Below the pieces are notes generated by a model. That model had not been told where the DNA came from. It ran no database searches and worked only from the letters and a program-made list of their open reading frames with translations. DNA of 63,284 nucleotides, counting the filler, from Octopus bimaculoides (lineage: Eukaryota), in NCBI RefSeq assembly GCF_001194135.2. It is 9 parts of 8 records of this genome, joined end to end, with 100 filler letters (N's around TTAATTAATTAA, not from the genome) between each part and the next. Parts side by side here need not be neighbours in the genome. Positions count along the whole stretch, not along the records: positions 6,238 to 15,131 come from NC_068996.1; positions 15,232 to 29,856 come from NC_068984.1; 7 more parts are not named here. One strand, 5' to 3'. The position numbers and the translations under genes are program-made. This document shows positions 12,738-25,128 of the stretch, piece after piece (within the stretch, counting starts at the first letter, position 1; each line of letters opens with the position of its first letter).

Positions 12738-14462
12738 TATCTACATATATATCTCTTACCTACGATTGAATTTATTTGATTTCTATCTCACTGATGCGAG
12801 TTTACCAGAGGAAGGGTCTCAGTAAGACAGAATTTAGGTCCATAATATAGGCGAGGTTGCATCATGCGAAAGCTAAACTGATGCAAAGCGCATTGTGATT
12901 ATCGATGTGTAACAACATCCCATAGACTGGTCGATCACGTGATATATATCTATGATTTGTATGTAGTATATGTGTATACGTAGCACCACACTTTTCCATC
13001 TTCTGACTGCAAGTCTGATGAAATGCCACTCCATTGTAATCAACCTCAAATATTGCGTAACTTTCCACATGAAATAGGTAAGAGACGAAAATGCATGTAA
13101 TACATGTGCGCATGTATAAATGAATATATATTTTTATGTATACTTGTTCTTTCGTTTCAGCTATCGCAAAAATCGACGAAGAGTGGAGAAGCACTATAAA
13201 ACAAAGACACTCAATATGGTAGTACGACCTGAAAGACGACGCTGGTCGGGAGACTGATGCCTGAGGGTCGCATCAAGTGGCTTCTAGTGACGGAAACCTG
13301 AACTACAACGGGTTTGTCCTACAGAGAATATTTCAGGTTACTTTTGAGTACCCCCTTGTATACGTGCATACATACATACATAGACATACATGCATACACA
13401 TACACATATACATACAGGCGTACATATATACATGCACACACATACGTACACACATATATACATACAGGCATTCATACATACATACATACACATACATGTA
13501 TACATACATACATAGACATTCATGCACACATACATACACACATATATACATACAGGCGTACATATATACATGCACACACATACATACACATACATGTATA
13601 CATACATACATAGACATTCATGCATACATACATATACATACACACATATATACATACAGGCGTACATATATACATGCACACACATGCATACACACATATA
13701 TATATATACAGGCATTCATTCATACATACATACATACGTACATGTATACATACATACATGCATACATACATACATGCATACGTACATACATATNNNNNNN
13801 NNNNNNNNNNNNNNNNNNNNNNNNNNNNNNNNNNNNNNNNNNNNNNNNNNNNNNNNNNNNNNNNNNNNNTATTCGTCAGATGACAGCTTGGACTACTGTA
13901 TGTTCTGTTTTTGGTCTGAATGAACATGTAAACATAACGGCATACGATTCAGCTGAATAAATACAACGATACTCTACTCTGCGTATTGAGTACATTGCCC
14001 CATTGTTTGTTACAATGTATTTGGATATACGTCCGTACGTGTGTGTATGTATGTGTGTGTGTATGTGTGTGTGTACACGTGCACATATACATATGTGCGC
14101 GTACATATAATATATACATATGTATATTTATACGCGCAAATGTAAGATGAAACACTTCATAAAGAAATAGGAGGAAATACAGAAAGTAATGGAGATAAGA
14201 AGAGGAAGACAGAAAAATAAAGGAAGGAAGGAAGGAATAAAATAAGAGAAAAGAAAGAAGAAAAATAAATAAAGACTTCCTATTTTAACAAGCCAAACAT
14301 GTTAAAGCTTAGATGCCTTTAGCAAAGACCAGTCTGGTGCAAACATCCAGAATACGTCTTCGATCTGAAGATAGCTTTCGCTTTTTTCTCTACCTATTGT
14401 CTTTCAGGTACCGAAAAGAGGCTAACGGATACTGCCGTTCCTTCACTGACCAAGCCATTTAA
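2117..14462 (+). CDS. Hand-assembled multi-exon model, possible divergent F-type lectin/galactose-binding-like protein (exons 2117-2143, 4513-4648, 9066-9234, 10791-10821, 13161-13218, 14408-14462)
   Basis: AG/GT-flanked, phase-compatible, stop-free non-repeat islands join to ...KTCHISKDSVLQANPRVDLNRIRLHKV-YDGGLEAMENGIYSKCRVVESNMETPWIRIELLNHSAILRLEQQKVPLSYNLSRFQ-MYIQEKESSC-SIAKIDEEWRSTIKQRHSIW-YRKEANGYCRSFTDQAI*. Splice sites were chosen post hoc. Confidence 0.3.
2460..2617 (-). mobile_element. Old tRNA-derived SINE (family D), decayed
   Basis: Similar to 27975-28161, 48317-48511 and 59734-59950. Confidence 0.7.
3939..4329. repeat. Imperfect nested fold-back with an (AAT)n expansion in one arm
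   Basis: Outer arms about 3939-4010 / 4255-4329; inner arms 4037-4056 / 4118-4137. Confidence 0.75.
5171..6030. mobile_element. Penelope-pLTR-like repeat with an about 230-bp inverted duplication
   Basis: 5171-5404 is the reverse complement of 5638-5864 with few mismatches. The continuation CAACTGAAGAAGG..GTCCTGTACCCATATATGCATG recurs at 47810-47960, with related copies near 17720 and 6400-6540. Confidence 0.65.
7900..8187 (-). mobile_element. Abundant tRNA-derived SINE (family A), cut by a gap
   Basis: TTTTACTTGTTTCAGTCAT..GCGGCCATGCTGGAGCACCGCC body shared with 11561-11968, 43505-43907 and 58229-58710. Confidence 0.85.
8439..8475 (-). ncRNA. Minimal type-I hammerhead-like motif, family B
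   Basis: Minus strand: UCUUU-CUGUUGA-A-GAGC(gua)GCUC-GAAAC-GUC-AAAGA. Confidence 0.5.
8872..9008. mobile_element. Small MITE-like insertion
   Basis: 8-bp direct repeat GTCCAGGG at 8872-8879 and 9001-9008; ends CAGGGCCGT / ACGGTCCAG resemble hAT-type TIRs. Confidence 0.4.
9066..9234 (+). CDS. Best single candidate exon of the above model
   Basis: Acceptor TTTCATTTACAAG, donor CAG|GTGCGA, 56 open codons. PWIRIEL and LSRFQ resemble the PWWRVDL and LSNFEI motifs of F-type lectin domains. Confidence 0.4.
9367..9750 (+). mobile_element. Full-length tRNA-derived SINE (family B) with 11-bp TSD
   Basis: A-box-like TGGCCCAGTGG, B-box-like GTTTCGATTCC, (AAC) tail; TSD AATTTACACAT at 9356-9366 and 9751-9761; highly similar to 56241-56625. 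Confidence 0.9.
11144..11479 (-). mobile_element. tRNA-derived SINE (family C)
   Basis: Homologous to 30501-30841; tRNA-like head with GAGTTCGATTCC on the minus strand. Confidence 0.85.
11561..11968 (-). mobile_element. Full-length SINE family A
   Basis: Head GGCGCAGGCGTGGCTGTG.., central (TA)n and conserved 3' body. Confidence 0.85.
11972..11990 (-). terminator. Pol III terminator (T19) of tRNA-Arg
   Basis: Run of 19 T on the minus strand, 3 nt after the tRNA discriminator base. Confidence 0.75.
11994..12066 (-). tRNA. tRNA-Arg-TCT: Intronless tRNA-Arg(TCT), 73 nt
   Basis: GTCTCTGTAGCGCAGCGGATAGCGCGCTGGACTTCTAATCCAGAGGCCGTGGGTTCAAATCCCACCAGGGATG folds fully: acceptor GTCTCTG/CAGGGAT, anticodon stem CTGGA/TCCAG with loop CTTCTAA, T-arm GTGGG/CCCAC. 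Confidence 0.95.
12549..12584 (+). ncRNA. Minimal type-I hammerhead-like motif, family B
   Basis: CUUU-CUGCUGA-A-GAGC(guag)GCUC-GAAAC-GUU-AAAG. Confidence 0.5.
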
Positions 14463-14533
14463 AATTTGATGCGATCACCTCTGATGAGAATCCAATAAGT
14501 TTAGAAAATCGATTGTGGATGTTTATTATTTTT

Positions 14534-14904
14534 AGGCGTTTGTGTGGCTCTATGGTAAGAAATTTGCTTCCCGTCTACATGCGGTCAGGTTCAGTCCCAC
14601 TTCAAGGTACCATGGACAAGTGTGTTCTTCTATGTCTTTGACCAAAGCCTTAAGGGTCGTAGATTTGGTAAGTGTGCCTTTGTGCGTGCGTTTGTAGTCC
14701 CCACCCTCATCCCCATCCCGACTACCTCTTGACAACAGGTGTTGGTGTGTTTACGTCCCCCGTAACTTAGCGGTTCAGCAAAAGATAGTGATAGAATAAA
14801 TACCAGACTTAAAATATAACAGTACTGGGGTCGATTCGATTGACTAAAATTTTTCAAGGCAGTGCCCCAGCATGGCTGCAGTCAGATGACTGAAAGTAGT
14901 AAAA
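14534..14904 (+). mobile_element. Older SINE family A copy, followed by a 3' fragment (about 14945-15115)
   Basis: Degenerate head and body aligned by eye to the other family A copies. Confidence 0.75.
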
Positions 14905-16863
14905 TCTAAAGATATATAAAATCATATAACCATATATATATGCATCGCTTGACAACCGATGGTGGTGTGTTTGCGTCCCCGTAACCTAGCGGTTCGGCAA
15001 AATAGACCGATAGAATAAGTACTAGGCTTCCAAAGAATAAGTCCTGGGGTCGATTTGCTCGACTAAAGGCGGTGCTCCAGCATGGCCGCAGTCAAATGAC
15101 TGAAACAAGTAAAACAATATATATATATATANNNNNNNNNNNNNNNNNNNNNNNNNNNNNNNNNNNNNNNNNNNNTTAATTAATTAANNNNNNNNNNNNN
15201 NNNNNNNNNNNNNNNNNNNNNNNNNNNNNNNTTTTTTTTTTTCAAGAATGAAATATTAGATGCATTCTTTGAAGAAGAAGAAGAAGAAGAAGAAGTAGAA
15301 GAAGAAGAAGAAGAAGAAGAAGAAGAAGAAGAAGAAGAAGAAGAAGAAGAAGAAGAAGAAGAAGAAGAAGAAGAAGAAGAAAAAAAGAAGACGAAGAAGA
15401 AGAGGTTGTTTAATGAAGTTTGACCGAGGACTAAATGACGAGAAAACAATCGTTAGTGAGGTGATGATGATAGTAATATCTCGCTGGGCCCACAGGATAT
15501 CATTAATTTCTTGTAAGCAAAGATCCATTGAGCCATTGAGACTCAGTATATAACTGGTACTTGCCAAAACAAATTTAACCCGACACGATTTAAACTCGGA
15601 CTATAAAAGTCAGCAAGAATTGGAGAAATAAACGCACCAGATATCTTGTTCTCTCCACCACCGTAATAGTGTTTTGGCTTGGAATTTTTGGTGGGGGATG
15701 CATCTGTGGTGGGGGTGCATCTAAAGGAATTTGTGGTGGGGATGCATCTGGTGCGTGGCAACACATATTCCGAAGTACCAGGGTGGATTTCTTATAAGGT
15801 TCCCACGCATTGTTAGAAAAAGAGCAGGTGGATCTGGTACAAGGCCGCACACAAATGGAGTTTATTATTAGATAAAAACTTCAAATGCTGCCGAGGTCGA
15901 AACTGCCTTTCATTTCTTCAAGGTCGATAAAATAAGTACCAGTTGAACACTGTGCTTGATGTAATCCACTTACCAATCACCTAAAATTTGCTGACCCTCT
16001 GCTAAAATTACAATGAATTATTAAATAAAAATCCTCAGTATATTATTGCTCCTTATTTTACCAATTTCAAGGAATGAAATATTAGTCAGTGATAGTATTT
16101 GAACCCCTACCCTAGAGGTCTGAACCAAATTATATTCTTGGCACCCTTTCGTGTTTCTACTCAGAAACATGCAGCCAACATGTGGGGTCTCTATGTTGTT
16201 GTGTGGCATGCTGGAAATAACAGTTAAATTCGCCTGTCAAACCACACTCTGTTACCTTAAGACAATTTAGGTAATGTAGGTCTGAATATACAAAAGACAG
16301 GATGGTCAGAGATGGAAAGGCAGACACCTCCTAGATCAGGACTGAGCTGGCTTGAAATAACCACCAAGTGACGGATATCAATTTATCACTTCTAACATCG
16401 GCAATTACTCCAGTCAGAGGAGGAGGTAACTGATTGATTCGACCTCAGTATTTAACTGGTACTTCCTTGACTCTAAGAAGAATGAAACACCTCGACGACC
16501 TTGGGCGGAAGCGAACTGTGAAAGTAAAGGGAAGTAACTAAGTAGCACAAGATATTTTACTTGCCGCTCGACCGGTTCAGCCACGCACCACACACACACA
16601 CACACATTTTCTTCTCTTTTTATCTCTGTCTGCACTCCTGTCTTTCTCCTTCTTCTTCTTTCTCTTCCCCCCTTTATTTTTTCCATCTCCCCTCCTCTCT
16701 CTCTCTCTGTCTCTCCTCTCCCTATCTCTCTGTCTCTCTCTCTCTCCCTCTCTCTCTCTCTCTCTCACGCAACGAACAGTCATATTTAACATTACTGATA
16801 AGCAAGAATTCTCGTAACTGACCCCTTCTCTTCCCTCACTTCCTCCTACTCTTCTTCCACTTC

Positions 16864-16895
<32 letters not shown>

Positions 16896-17931
16896 CACCA
16901 TCATCATCAGCATCATCATCATCACCATCACCAACATCACAGTACATATTTCGTCGTTGTCGTCACATTGAAACTGTCAATATCTCCCTCTCTCAGTTCG
17001 TCCTCGTTCCGTTTATCGTTATGACGTCGTGGCTTTCATCCATCACCCAGCCCCTTTTCTTTTTTTTTAACCATTCCTATTTCTTCTCTCTCATCGATCA
17101 AGTCTCTTACTTTCTCTCCATTTCATTCCAACACACATCCAACTCTCTCCTTTTCCTCTTCTCCTTCTTTCTCATCAACCATCGCTCGTTGTTGCTATTG
17201 TTTAGCCCTCGGCCAGCTCTCAATCACCACACCTAACAAAATCATTCCCACGCTGATTGTATCCAAGCCACCACTGAGCGGACAGAATCGTTAACTGAGT
17301 TCAAACCCCGCCTTTTATCCTTCTGGGACCAGTTGCACACTGGGATCGACGTAACCGATTTAACCCCTTCCCCTAAAATTGCTGACCTTGTGCCAAAATT
17401 CGAAATCATTATATTATGAGCCCCATTTCATAGATAACGCGAATGTGATTTGAGGGGCATTTGGCTACTATTTCTGGTAGAATAGCCAAAAAGTGGTTGT
17501 TATTGTTATTGTTGTTGTTTCACCTAAGTCAACCCTAATTGTGCAACCCAATGATTGGAAGGCATTCCAGCCGTAACCATCACGACTTATTCAAAATTGA
17601 TATGAGGAAGATTACACTCATGCATACATTCCCACACACACATTCCTCTTGCTCTGTCTCTCTCTCTCCTATATATATATATATGTATATAATTCTTCGA
17701 AACGCCGGTGTTTTAATGGTGGCAGCTGATGAAGGAGATGTTTCTATGTGGCTTGCTTGTTTGTTGTACCTTGTTTATCATTTTGTCCATGTTCTTTTGC
17801 CACGTCATGTACCCAGTTATGTATCTATGTGTACATGTAGATGAAGGTATGTACATACATGTACATATATATGCATATACTCATATATTGTTTATATATA
17901 TATATATACATACACACACATACACACACGC

Positions 17932-17988
<57 letters not shown>

Positions 17989-18022
17989 CATACATACATA
18001 CATATATATATATGTATATGTA

Positions 18023-18053
<31 letters not shown>

Positions 18054-18517
18054 NNNNNNNNNNNNNNNNNNNNNNNNNNNNNNNNNNNNNNNNNNNNNNN
18101 NNNNNNNNNNNNNNNNNNNNNNNNNNNNNNNNNNNNNNNNNNNNNNNNNNNNNNNNNNNNNNNNNNNNNNNNNNNNNNNNNNNNNNNNNNNNNNNNNNNN
18201 NNNNNNNNNNNNNNNNNNNNNNNNNNNNNNNNNNNNNNNNNNNNNNNNNNNNNNNNNNNNNNNNNNNNNNNNNNNNNNNNNNNNNNNNNNNNNNNNNNNN
18301 NNNNNNNNNNNNNNNNNNNNNNNNNNNNNNNNNNNNNNNNNNNNNNNNNNNNNNNNNNNNNNNNNNNNNNNNNNNNNNNNNNNNNNNNNNNNNNNNNNNN
18401 NNNNNNNNNNNNNNNNNNNNNNNNNNNNNNNNNNNNNNNNNNNNNNNNNNNNNNNNNNNNNNNNNNNNNNNNNNNNNNNNNNNNNNNNNNNNNNNNNNNN
18501 NNNNNNNNNNNNNNNNN

Positions 18518-18566
<49 letters not shown>

Positions 18567-18787
18567 AGCTGTCATATCCTAATTGTACCCGCTGGTTTAA
18601 ATGCTGGGTTAGTCGAGAAGGAGACACTGAGGACAAGCAACTGCATAAGCATATAATAGAGAAATCAACATGTCACCAGACTTGCTCGCCAGTGACGGCG
18701 GCGTAAGATTGATACAAGAATAACATAACACCCGGACGGAGGATATACACATATACACGTATAGACAGACAGACAGATAGAGAGACT

Positions 18788-18861
<74 letters not shown>

Positions 18862-20614
18862 CAGACAGACACATAGATAGACAGATAGATAGACAGATAG
18901 ATAGACAGTTGGTAGATACACAGTATTTCGTTTTGCAACCATAATATGCTACCGAGTATCTTAAAGTCTATACTGTGTCCTACTTGTGCTAGCAGTGCGA
19001 TTCAATGACATTTTAAAGTTACCTATTTTTCTCTTTTGTGTCGCATTGTTTACATAGATGTATTCGTATACGAAACGTGTAACTGCCAGTGCTGGCTCTA
19101 ATTCCTATACAAAGTCTGTATAGAAAACTTTAAAAAGTGATTGAGTCGCACTTCTAACACATTTAGGACACAATATTGACTTATAAACCCTTAATATACC
19201 TGGAAGTATATCCTGGTTGCAAAATGAAATACGGTGTCGCTACCAGTAATTAGTATAAATGTACCAATTGCCAGGAATGTGTTTATTATGTTGATTAGTC
19301 TACCCCCTTGTGTTACACAGCTAAATTTGCTGGCTTTTTAAGCAATGAGATAGTGTATGGTTGAATGGGTTGAATATGGCGCTGAAGAAGGAGCAAGGAC
19401 TCCTGGAATATGCATGTACACCCTTTACCTATTTTTCTATCTGCGGTCGCATTGTTTACATAGACCTATATATATATATATNNNNNNNNNNNNNNNNNNN
19501 NNNNNNNNNNNNNNNNNNNNNNNNNNNNNNNNNNNNNNNNNNNNNNNNNNNNNNNNNNNNNNNNNNNNNNNNNNNNNNNNNNNNNNNNNNNNNNNNNNNN
19601 NNNNNNNNNNNNNNNNNNNNNNNNNNNNNNNNNNNNNNNNNNNNNNNNNNNNNNNNNNNNNNNNNNNNNNNNNNNNNNNNNNNNNNNNNNNNNNNNNNNN
19701 NNNNNNNNNNNNNNNNNNNNNNNNNNNNNNNNNNNNNNNNNNNNNNNNNNNNNNNNNNNNNNNNNNNNNNNNNNNNNNNNNNNNNNNNNNNNNNNNNNNN
19801 NNNNNNNNNNNNNNNNNNNNNNNNNNNNNNNNNNNNNNNNNNNNNNNNNNNNNNNNNNNNNNNNNNNNNNNNNNNNNNNNNNNNNNNNNNNNNNNNNNNN
19901 NNNNNNNNNNNNNNNNNNNNNNNNNNNNNNNNNNNNNNNNNNNNNNNNNNNNNNNNNNNNNNNNNNNNNNNNNNNNNNNNNNNNNNNNNNNNNNNNNNNN
20001 NNNNNNNNNNNNNNNNNNNNNNNNNNNNNNNNNNNNNNNNNNNNNNNNNNNNNNNNNNNNNNNNNNNNNNNNNNNNNNNNNNNNNNNNNNNNNNNNNNNN
20101 NNNNNNNNNNNNNNNNNNNNNNNNNNNNNNNNNNNNNNNNNNNNNNNNNNNNNNNNNNNNNNNNNNNNNNNNNNNNNNNNNNNNNNNNNNNNNNNNNNNN
20201 NNNNNNNNNNNNNNNNNNNNNNNNNNNNNNNNNNNNNNNNNNNNNNNNNNNNNNNNNNNNNNNNNNNNNNATATATAAAATAAATATTTGTACTGGAAAA
20301 AATAACAAGGGGAAGGATTTTACATAGAAAATCTTTACTAATATATAAATAGATGTGCAGTTATATCTCTTTTACTATTAACAAAACAGATTAGTAACTC
20401 ATATGTCTTGTGTATTAATATAGGAATATTTCTGTTGATAGAATGAAAATTGTATACAATTAAATAATGAAATATTTCACAAGTTATTTTTGCAGTGGTT
20501 AGCTCCAGCGGCTTCGTACATGAATCACACATTTAATACAAATGTCGTCTTCTTTTGTAACTTGAAAACGTATGATTCTGCTTATATTGTAACTGAATGA
20601 TTACATATACTTGA

Positions 20615-20660
<46 letters not shown>

Positions 20661-21405
20661 NNNNNNNNNNNNNNNNNNNNNNNNNNNNNNNNNNNNNNNN
20701 NNNNNNNNNNNNNNNNNNNNNNNNNNNNNNNNNNNNNNNNNNNNNNNNNNNNNNNNNNNNATTCGTCACCATTGCTCCTTTTTGAGTTCGCACGGTCGTC
20801 CCTTACATATTAGCCCTTGATGAAAACGAAGTACATAAAAGCTTTTTTAAATACAGGCAAACATATGATTCGTGTTACTCTAAGAATGTACGAAGAACTT
20901 AAAGCGTAAGATATGAATTTGTCGATGCGAATGTTTACGCTAAGAAAGTGAATGGCATTTTAGTTCAATAGCATTTTGTGAAAGTGGGGTTACCTATTAG
21001 CGAAATTAATGGGTTTATTATATTTTAAGATTCAACATCCCCGATGTGTGTTGATTCTTAAAAGGGATCTGTTCAGAATGCTTGTTTATTTATTTTTATC
21101 CGGACAATAAGCAAGAAACATGCAGTTTCATATGTTTCTGCTGTACAAATGTGATTTTATTACATTGGTCTAATTTTGCATTTGGTAGGACTCTCCGAGA
21201 TATGCTCTGTGGGATGATTTTAAAGACCAAATATGTGCACTTAAAAAATAACAATCTATCTACAATTATTAAAAGAATGTTTGTGTAAAATAACTCAATG
21301 TTTTTTGTTTGTTTTTTTTTTAAGAATTATCAGTTAAAGGAAGACGTTTGGAAGCGAGTAGAAACTGTTGTACGATTTGCAAATTGCTCAGCAAATTATT
21401 TTCTT

Positions 21406-23119
21406 TGTTCTATATCCTGAGGTTAAACGCTCTCTGCCAACGGCTCACGGTTCTTTATTAGTAATGTGTCAGTCCTCTTTTAGTCACTTGGGGTGGGGTG
21501 AAGGTCAGAATCCTTCCACAATATCTCCTCTTTTTAGAATTAGTCTCTCTTAACTTCTCGCCTTTCGAGAATTAAACTCCGCTTAGAGTTTTAATATCTC
21601 TTACGCTTAGGGTTCAATTCCAGTGTTTTCATTCTTTTCCGTTTTCTGGTGCTAAAACGAGTAGTTTCAAATTGTTTGAGTGTTAGCACCTCAAACGTGT
21701 CGTACAATACTTCCATGGGAATTTCATTTCTCGTGACTGTTTTTTTTTTCCGTGAATCTTTTTTATAAGTTGGTTAATATGTCTTCTATGTTCGACATTT
21801 TTTCCTTTTATCAGGAATGACATTCTTCCAAGTTGTTTAATGATAACACGGTCCTCCCAGCTTTCTTTACGATATCTATATGTTTTTAAAAAACTTTGTC
21901 TCTAAACTGAAAGAATTTTGAAGTATATTTGTTGTTCGCCTTTTTTCTATTTTCACCCGGTATCAACTTATCAAAAATGGATCTGATCTTTCTAGCAAAC
22001 ATCAATTCTGCGAGTGACGTTCCAGATGGGGTATTCGGATTAGGTGTTACTCGTTACACTCTTATAAACTGCTGAAGGGCAAGGTCGTTCGGACTGTTAC
22101 TTTTAAAATGTAGACCACCGCACCCATAACATGATTCGGTCTTGACATTTTTTCTCTTTTTTCATCCGACACGCATGGATAAGAGATCGATCTTTTTCTT
22201 CAATTTTATCTGCGTTATGTGTTAGATTTATAATCTTCTGCCATTATTTTGCTACTGCCTATAGAGTTAATTTTTGGTCCTGTTCTAATTTAGTTAATAT
22301 ACGGGAACGTATATCTTTGCATCTTTGCTTGCAGTTAGCCCCTGAACAAAAATTAAACCTTTGAACATGTCCCGGATTAATTCGTCTAATTTGAATTTCT
22401 TACACTCTCTGTTAATAACTCCAGCTTCGTGACTAAATCTTCATCATCTTTTTTTTTACCAAATTTAAAAAACTGCCAGCGAGTATTGAACAGGGAACTA
22501 CTTTCACTGAAAATTTTCGATAAAAAATTAATTGTTCCATCGAGACAAATCTCACCTGGTTTCTTCTGCAGCATATAATTAATATATTGTTCGTGTTCAA
22601 CAGGGAATAGCTTTCTTAAAAGTAGTCGTAATTTTTCTCGTCTGACTAATTTTTACATTCTTCTTTGAAAATTTGTTCGTATCTCCGAAAATATGCAGAG
22701 AATGTAATCCCTTATTCCGATTTATAGCCAAATTCTTCAATTGAATTTGCTACGCTGTCTGGCAAGTACGAACCTGCAATATATTCCGATTTCTTCAACA
22801 TTACTCCCAGCAGCTGTTGGTTCTGTTGTTGCTCTTATAGTTGCTGTTGTAGCAGCTGTTGTTGTTGCAACTACGCTAAGAAGGCCAATAAGTCTTCCGT
22901 GTTAAAGCGATTTTTTTCTTTGGTTTGGTACCAAAAATTCTAAACGTCCAACGCAAGCTTCGAACAACTCGTGGTCGCTTTTATATCCTCGGGTAAAACG
23001 CTCTCTGCTAACGGTTCACAGTGAACTGCTTACTATCAATTGCTCACGACTCTTTATATTATAGCAATGTGTCAGTCCATTTTTATTCACTTGGGGATGG
23101 TCGGAATCTTTCCACAACA
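21406..23119 (-). mobile_element. Internally deleted Ty3/gypsy LTR retrotransposon
   Basis: LTRs at 21406-21523 and about 22979-23119; PPT AAAAAGAGGAGA at 21524-21535; PBS remnant GCGACCACGA at 22969-22978. Decayed Gag (SVANSIEEF..TFSAYFRRYE..LRLLLRKL..KPGEI..SLFNTRW..IFVQGL..IRSRILTKLEQ..CYGCGGLH) is joined to an integrase C-terminus (DLALQQF.RV.RVTPNPNTPSGTSLAELMFARKIRSIFDKL). Confidence 0.9.
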
Positions 23120-24115
23120 CCTTGTAAATGTGTCAATTTGAAACATTTGCAGTTAAGTATATACTGGTTAATTTCTTCGTTTCAGCATTTTATCTTGAGA
23201 TTCTCAAAAATATTGTTGTAAATTATTAATAATGTTTCCGGAGTGTTAAATGACTTGTTTGGTTATCAAAAAATTTCTGTATGTCTTTTTTTTCTCTCTC
23301 TCATTTTTAGGTGGTGGGGAATGTATCGATTATTCAAATTAGACACTTTAGAAATGGATTACTTTTTGGTGGTTCTTTTCTGCAATTGTAAATCTTAACT
23401 CTTTAATGAATTTGTGGAAGACTTTTTTCCGGAGTGTCTCTTTATTTATTCTTTTTTTTCTGTTCAAGCTTCGAAGATTTATAATACCATCGTTCTAACA
23501 TGAAACGCTAAATATGGAAACAAAATTCATTGCATGACAACTTTATCACAAATATTCCCAAAAAGTCATCCATTTCTGCCGAGTCTTTTGCTCCCATGCT
23601 CATCTCAAAGGTTTCGCTTTATTTGAGGGGTGTTGCTGAAGAAAATACGTAACGGCAGACGAAATACCGCTAGGCATTTCGCCCGGCGTGCTAACGTTTC
23701 TGCCAGCTCGCCGCGAAGTAGTTTCTTTGTGCATACGTTAGAAGTTAAAGTTGAGATAAATCAGCGATATATTTGCTTATCTACTTTATGATATTTATTG
23801 AATTTTATCTGATTTTCGAAAAAGGTAGTTTTTAAACTTTATAGTTTTATCATGAGGCTTAAATCCTTATGGAAAAGTCCACCATGAATGTTGATTGGTG
23901 GGCAACATAGTTTTTTTCAAAACAAGCAAATCTTCTCAAAAAGAATTTATCTTTGCATTAACCATTTGAGGTAGGGTTTCTATGGCTTCCACGTTCCATG
24001 TACAAATATCTGCAAGGTGTGTATTTTTTTCTGTGTTTAAGCTTCAATGCAAGTGAGTCTTGAAGTCACAAGTAACCTTTCCATACATGTAAACACACAC
24101 ACACTCGCATATACG

Positions 24116-24151
<36 letters not shown>

Positions 24152-24153
<2 letters not shown>

Positions 24154-25128
24154 ATGTAACCCTAGAAACAATGAGGCATACAACACCATTGTGAAAAATC
24201 TCTCTTTACTAACTAAAGACCCAAAAATGAATAATATCCTGAAAACACATAAATTCATCAAATGCTAAAAGCAGCACAAATCACTAAAGAGATTTCTAAC
24301 AAATACGAAGCTTTACACAGCAACCACGAAACCAACGGTTAAAAGATGTGGACGCCCAAACTGTGGAACATGCCCCAACCTACTTGAAGGCTCGGATTTC
24401 CTTTTCAAACAAGAAGAGAGATTCGCAATTAAAACCAACTTCACTTGTGCTTCTGGGAATCTAATTTATGTAATAACCTGCTTCGTGTTGTGGCCTTACT
24501 TTATAGGACAGACGAGTACTTCATTGAGACGGAGAACCATTCTACATAAAGAGCAAATCCGGTTCGCGCAAGCAATACAAACAAACGGATTCCTTTAAGT
24601 GATCACATAGAGAGATGTGCAGGTAACATCCAACCAAATTTCACACTTTTCCTCTTCTACCAGTCCAAAGATACAGTTTCTATACAAGAACGTTTAAATA
24701 AAGAAATTTATTCATCGAAAAATGCAGAGCACGTCTAAATATGCACGCATAACCAACTTTGATCTCTTTACATAATTTAAATCACAATTACACATACCCA
24801 TCACTGTACATATTTCTCCCCACTACTCTAGCTTGCGAACTTTTGTGTATATCCCCCCCCCCCACCGAAAGATGAACTATTATATCCCCAGTCCACAATA
24901 ATAACGATTACCAGTTACATCCCCTTAGATTTTTCTACTTGTTGAATCATTCATTCATAAACTCCACGCACAACATGGACAAAAACTTTTTTCTTAAGAA
25001 AATACGTAATTAAAATAATTTTAATGTCATGATTAGCGAAAGCGAAACCGGTCGACAAACACAATATAAGATATATTAAAAAGTATATTAAAACTATGTA
25101 AAGTGTGTGCATTTTCCTTCTTTAATTT

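Noticed and set aside
15543-15850. Non-repeat island with open minus-strand frames and three 16-18 bp tandem units (15689-15750)
   Set aside because: Has a possible acceptor but no consistent phase link to neighbouring islands and no recognisable domain.
17694-17738. CTTC-GAAAC..CTGATGA-AGGAGA as a type-II hammerhead (similar at 5828-5868 and 47780-47825)
   Set aside because: Stem II can pair, but there is no valid NUH site or stem I hairpin between the core halves.
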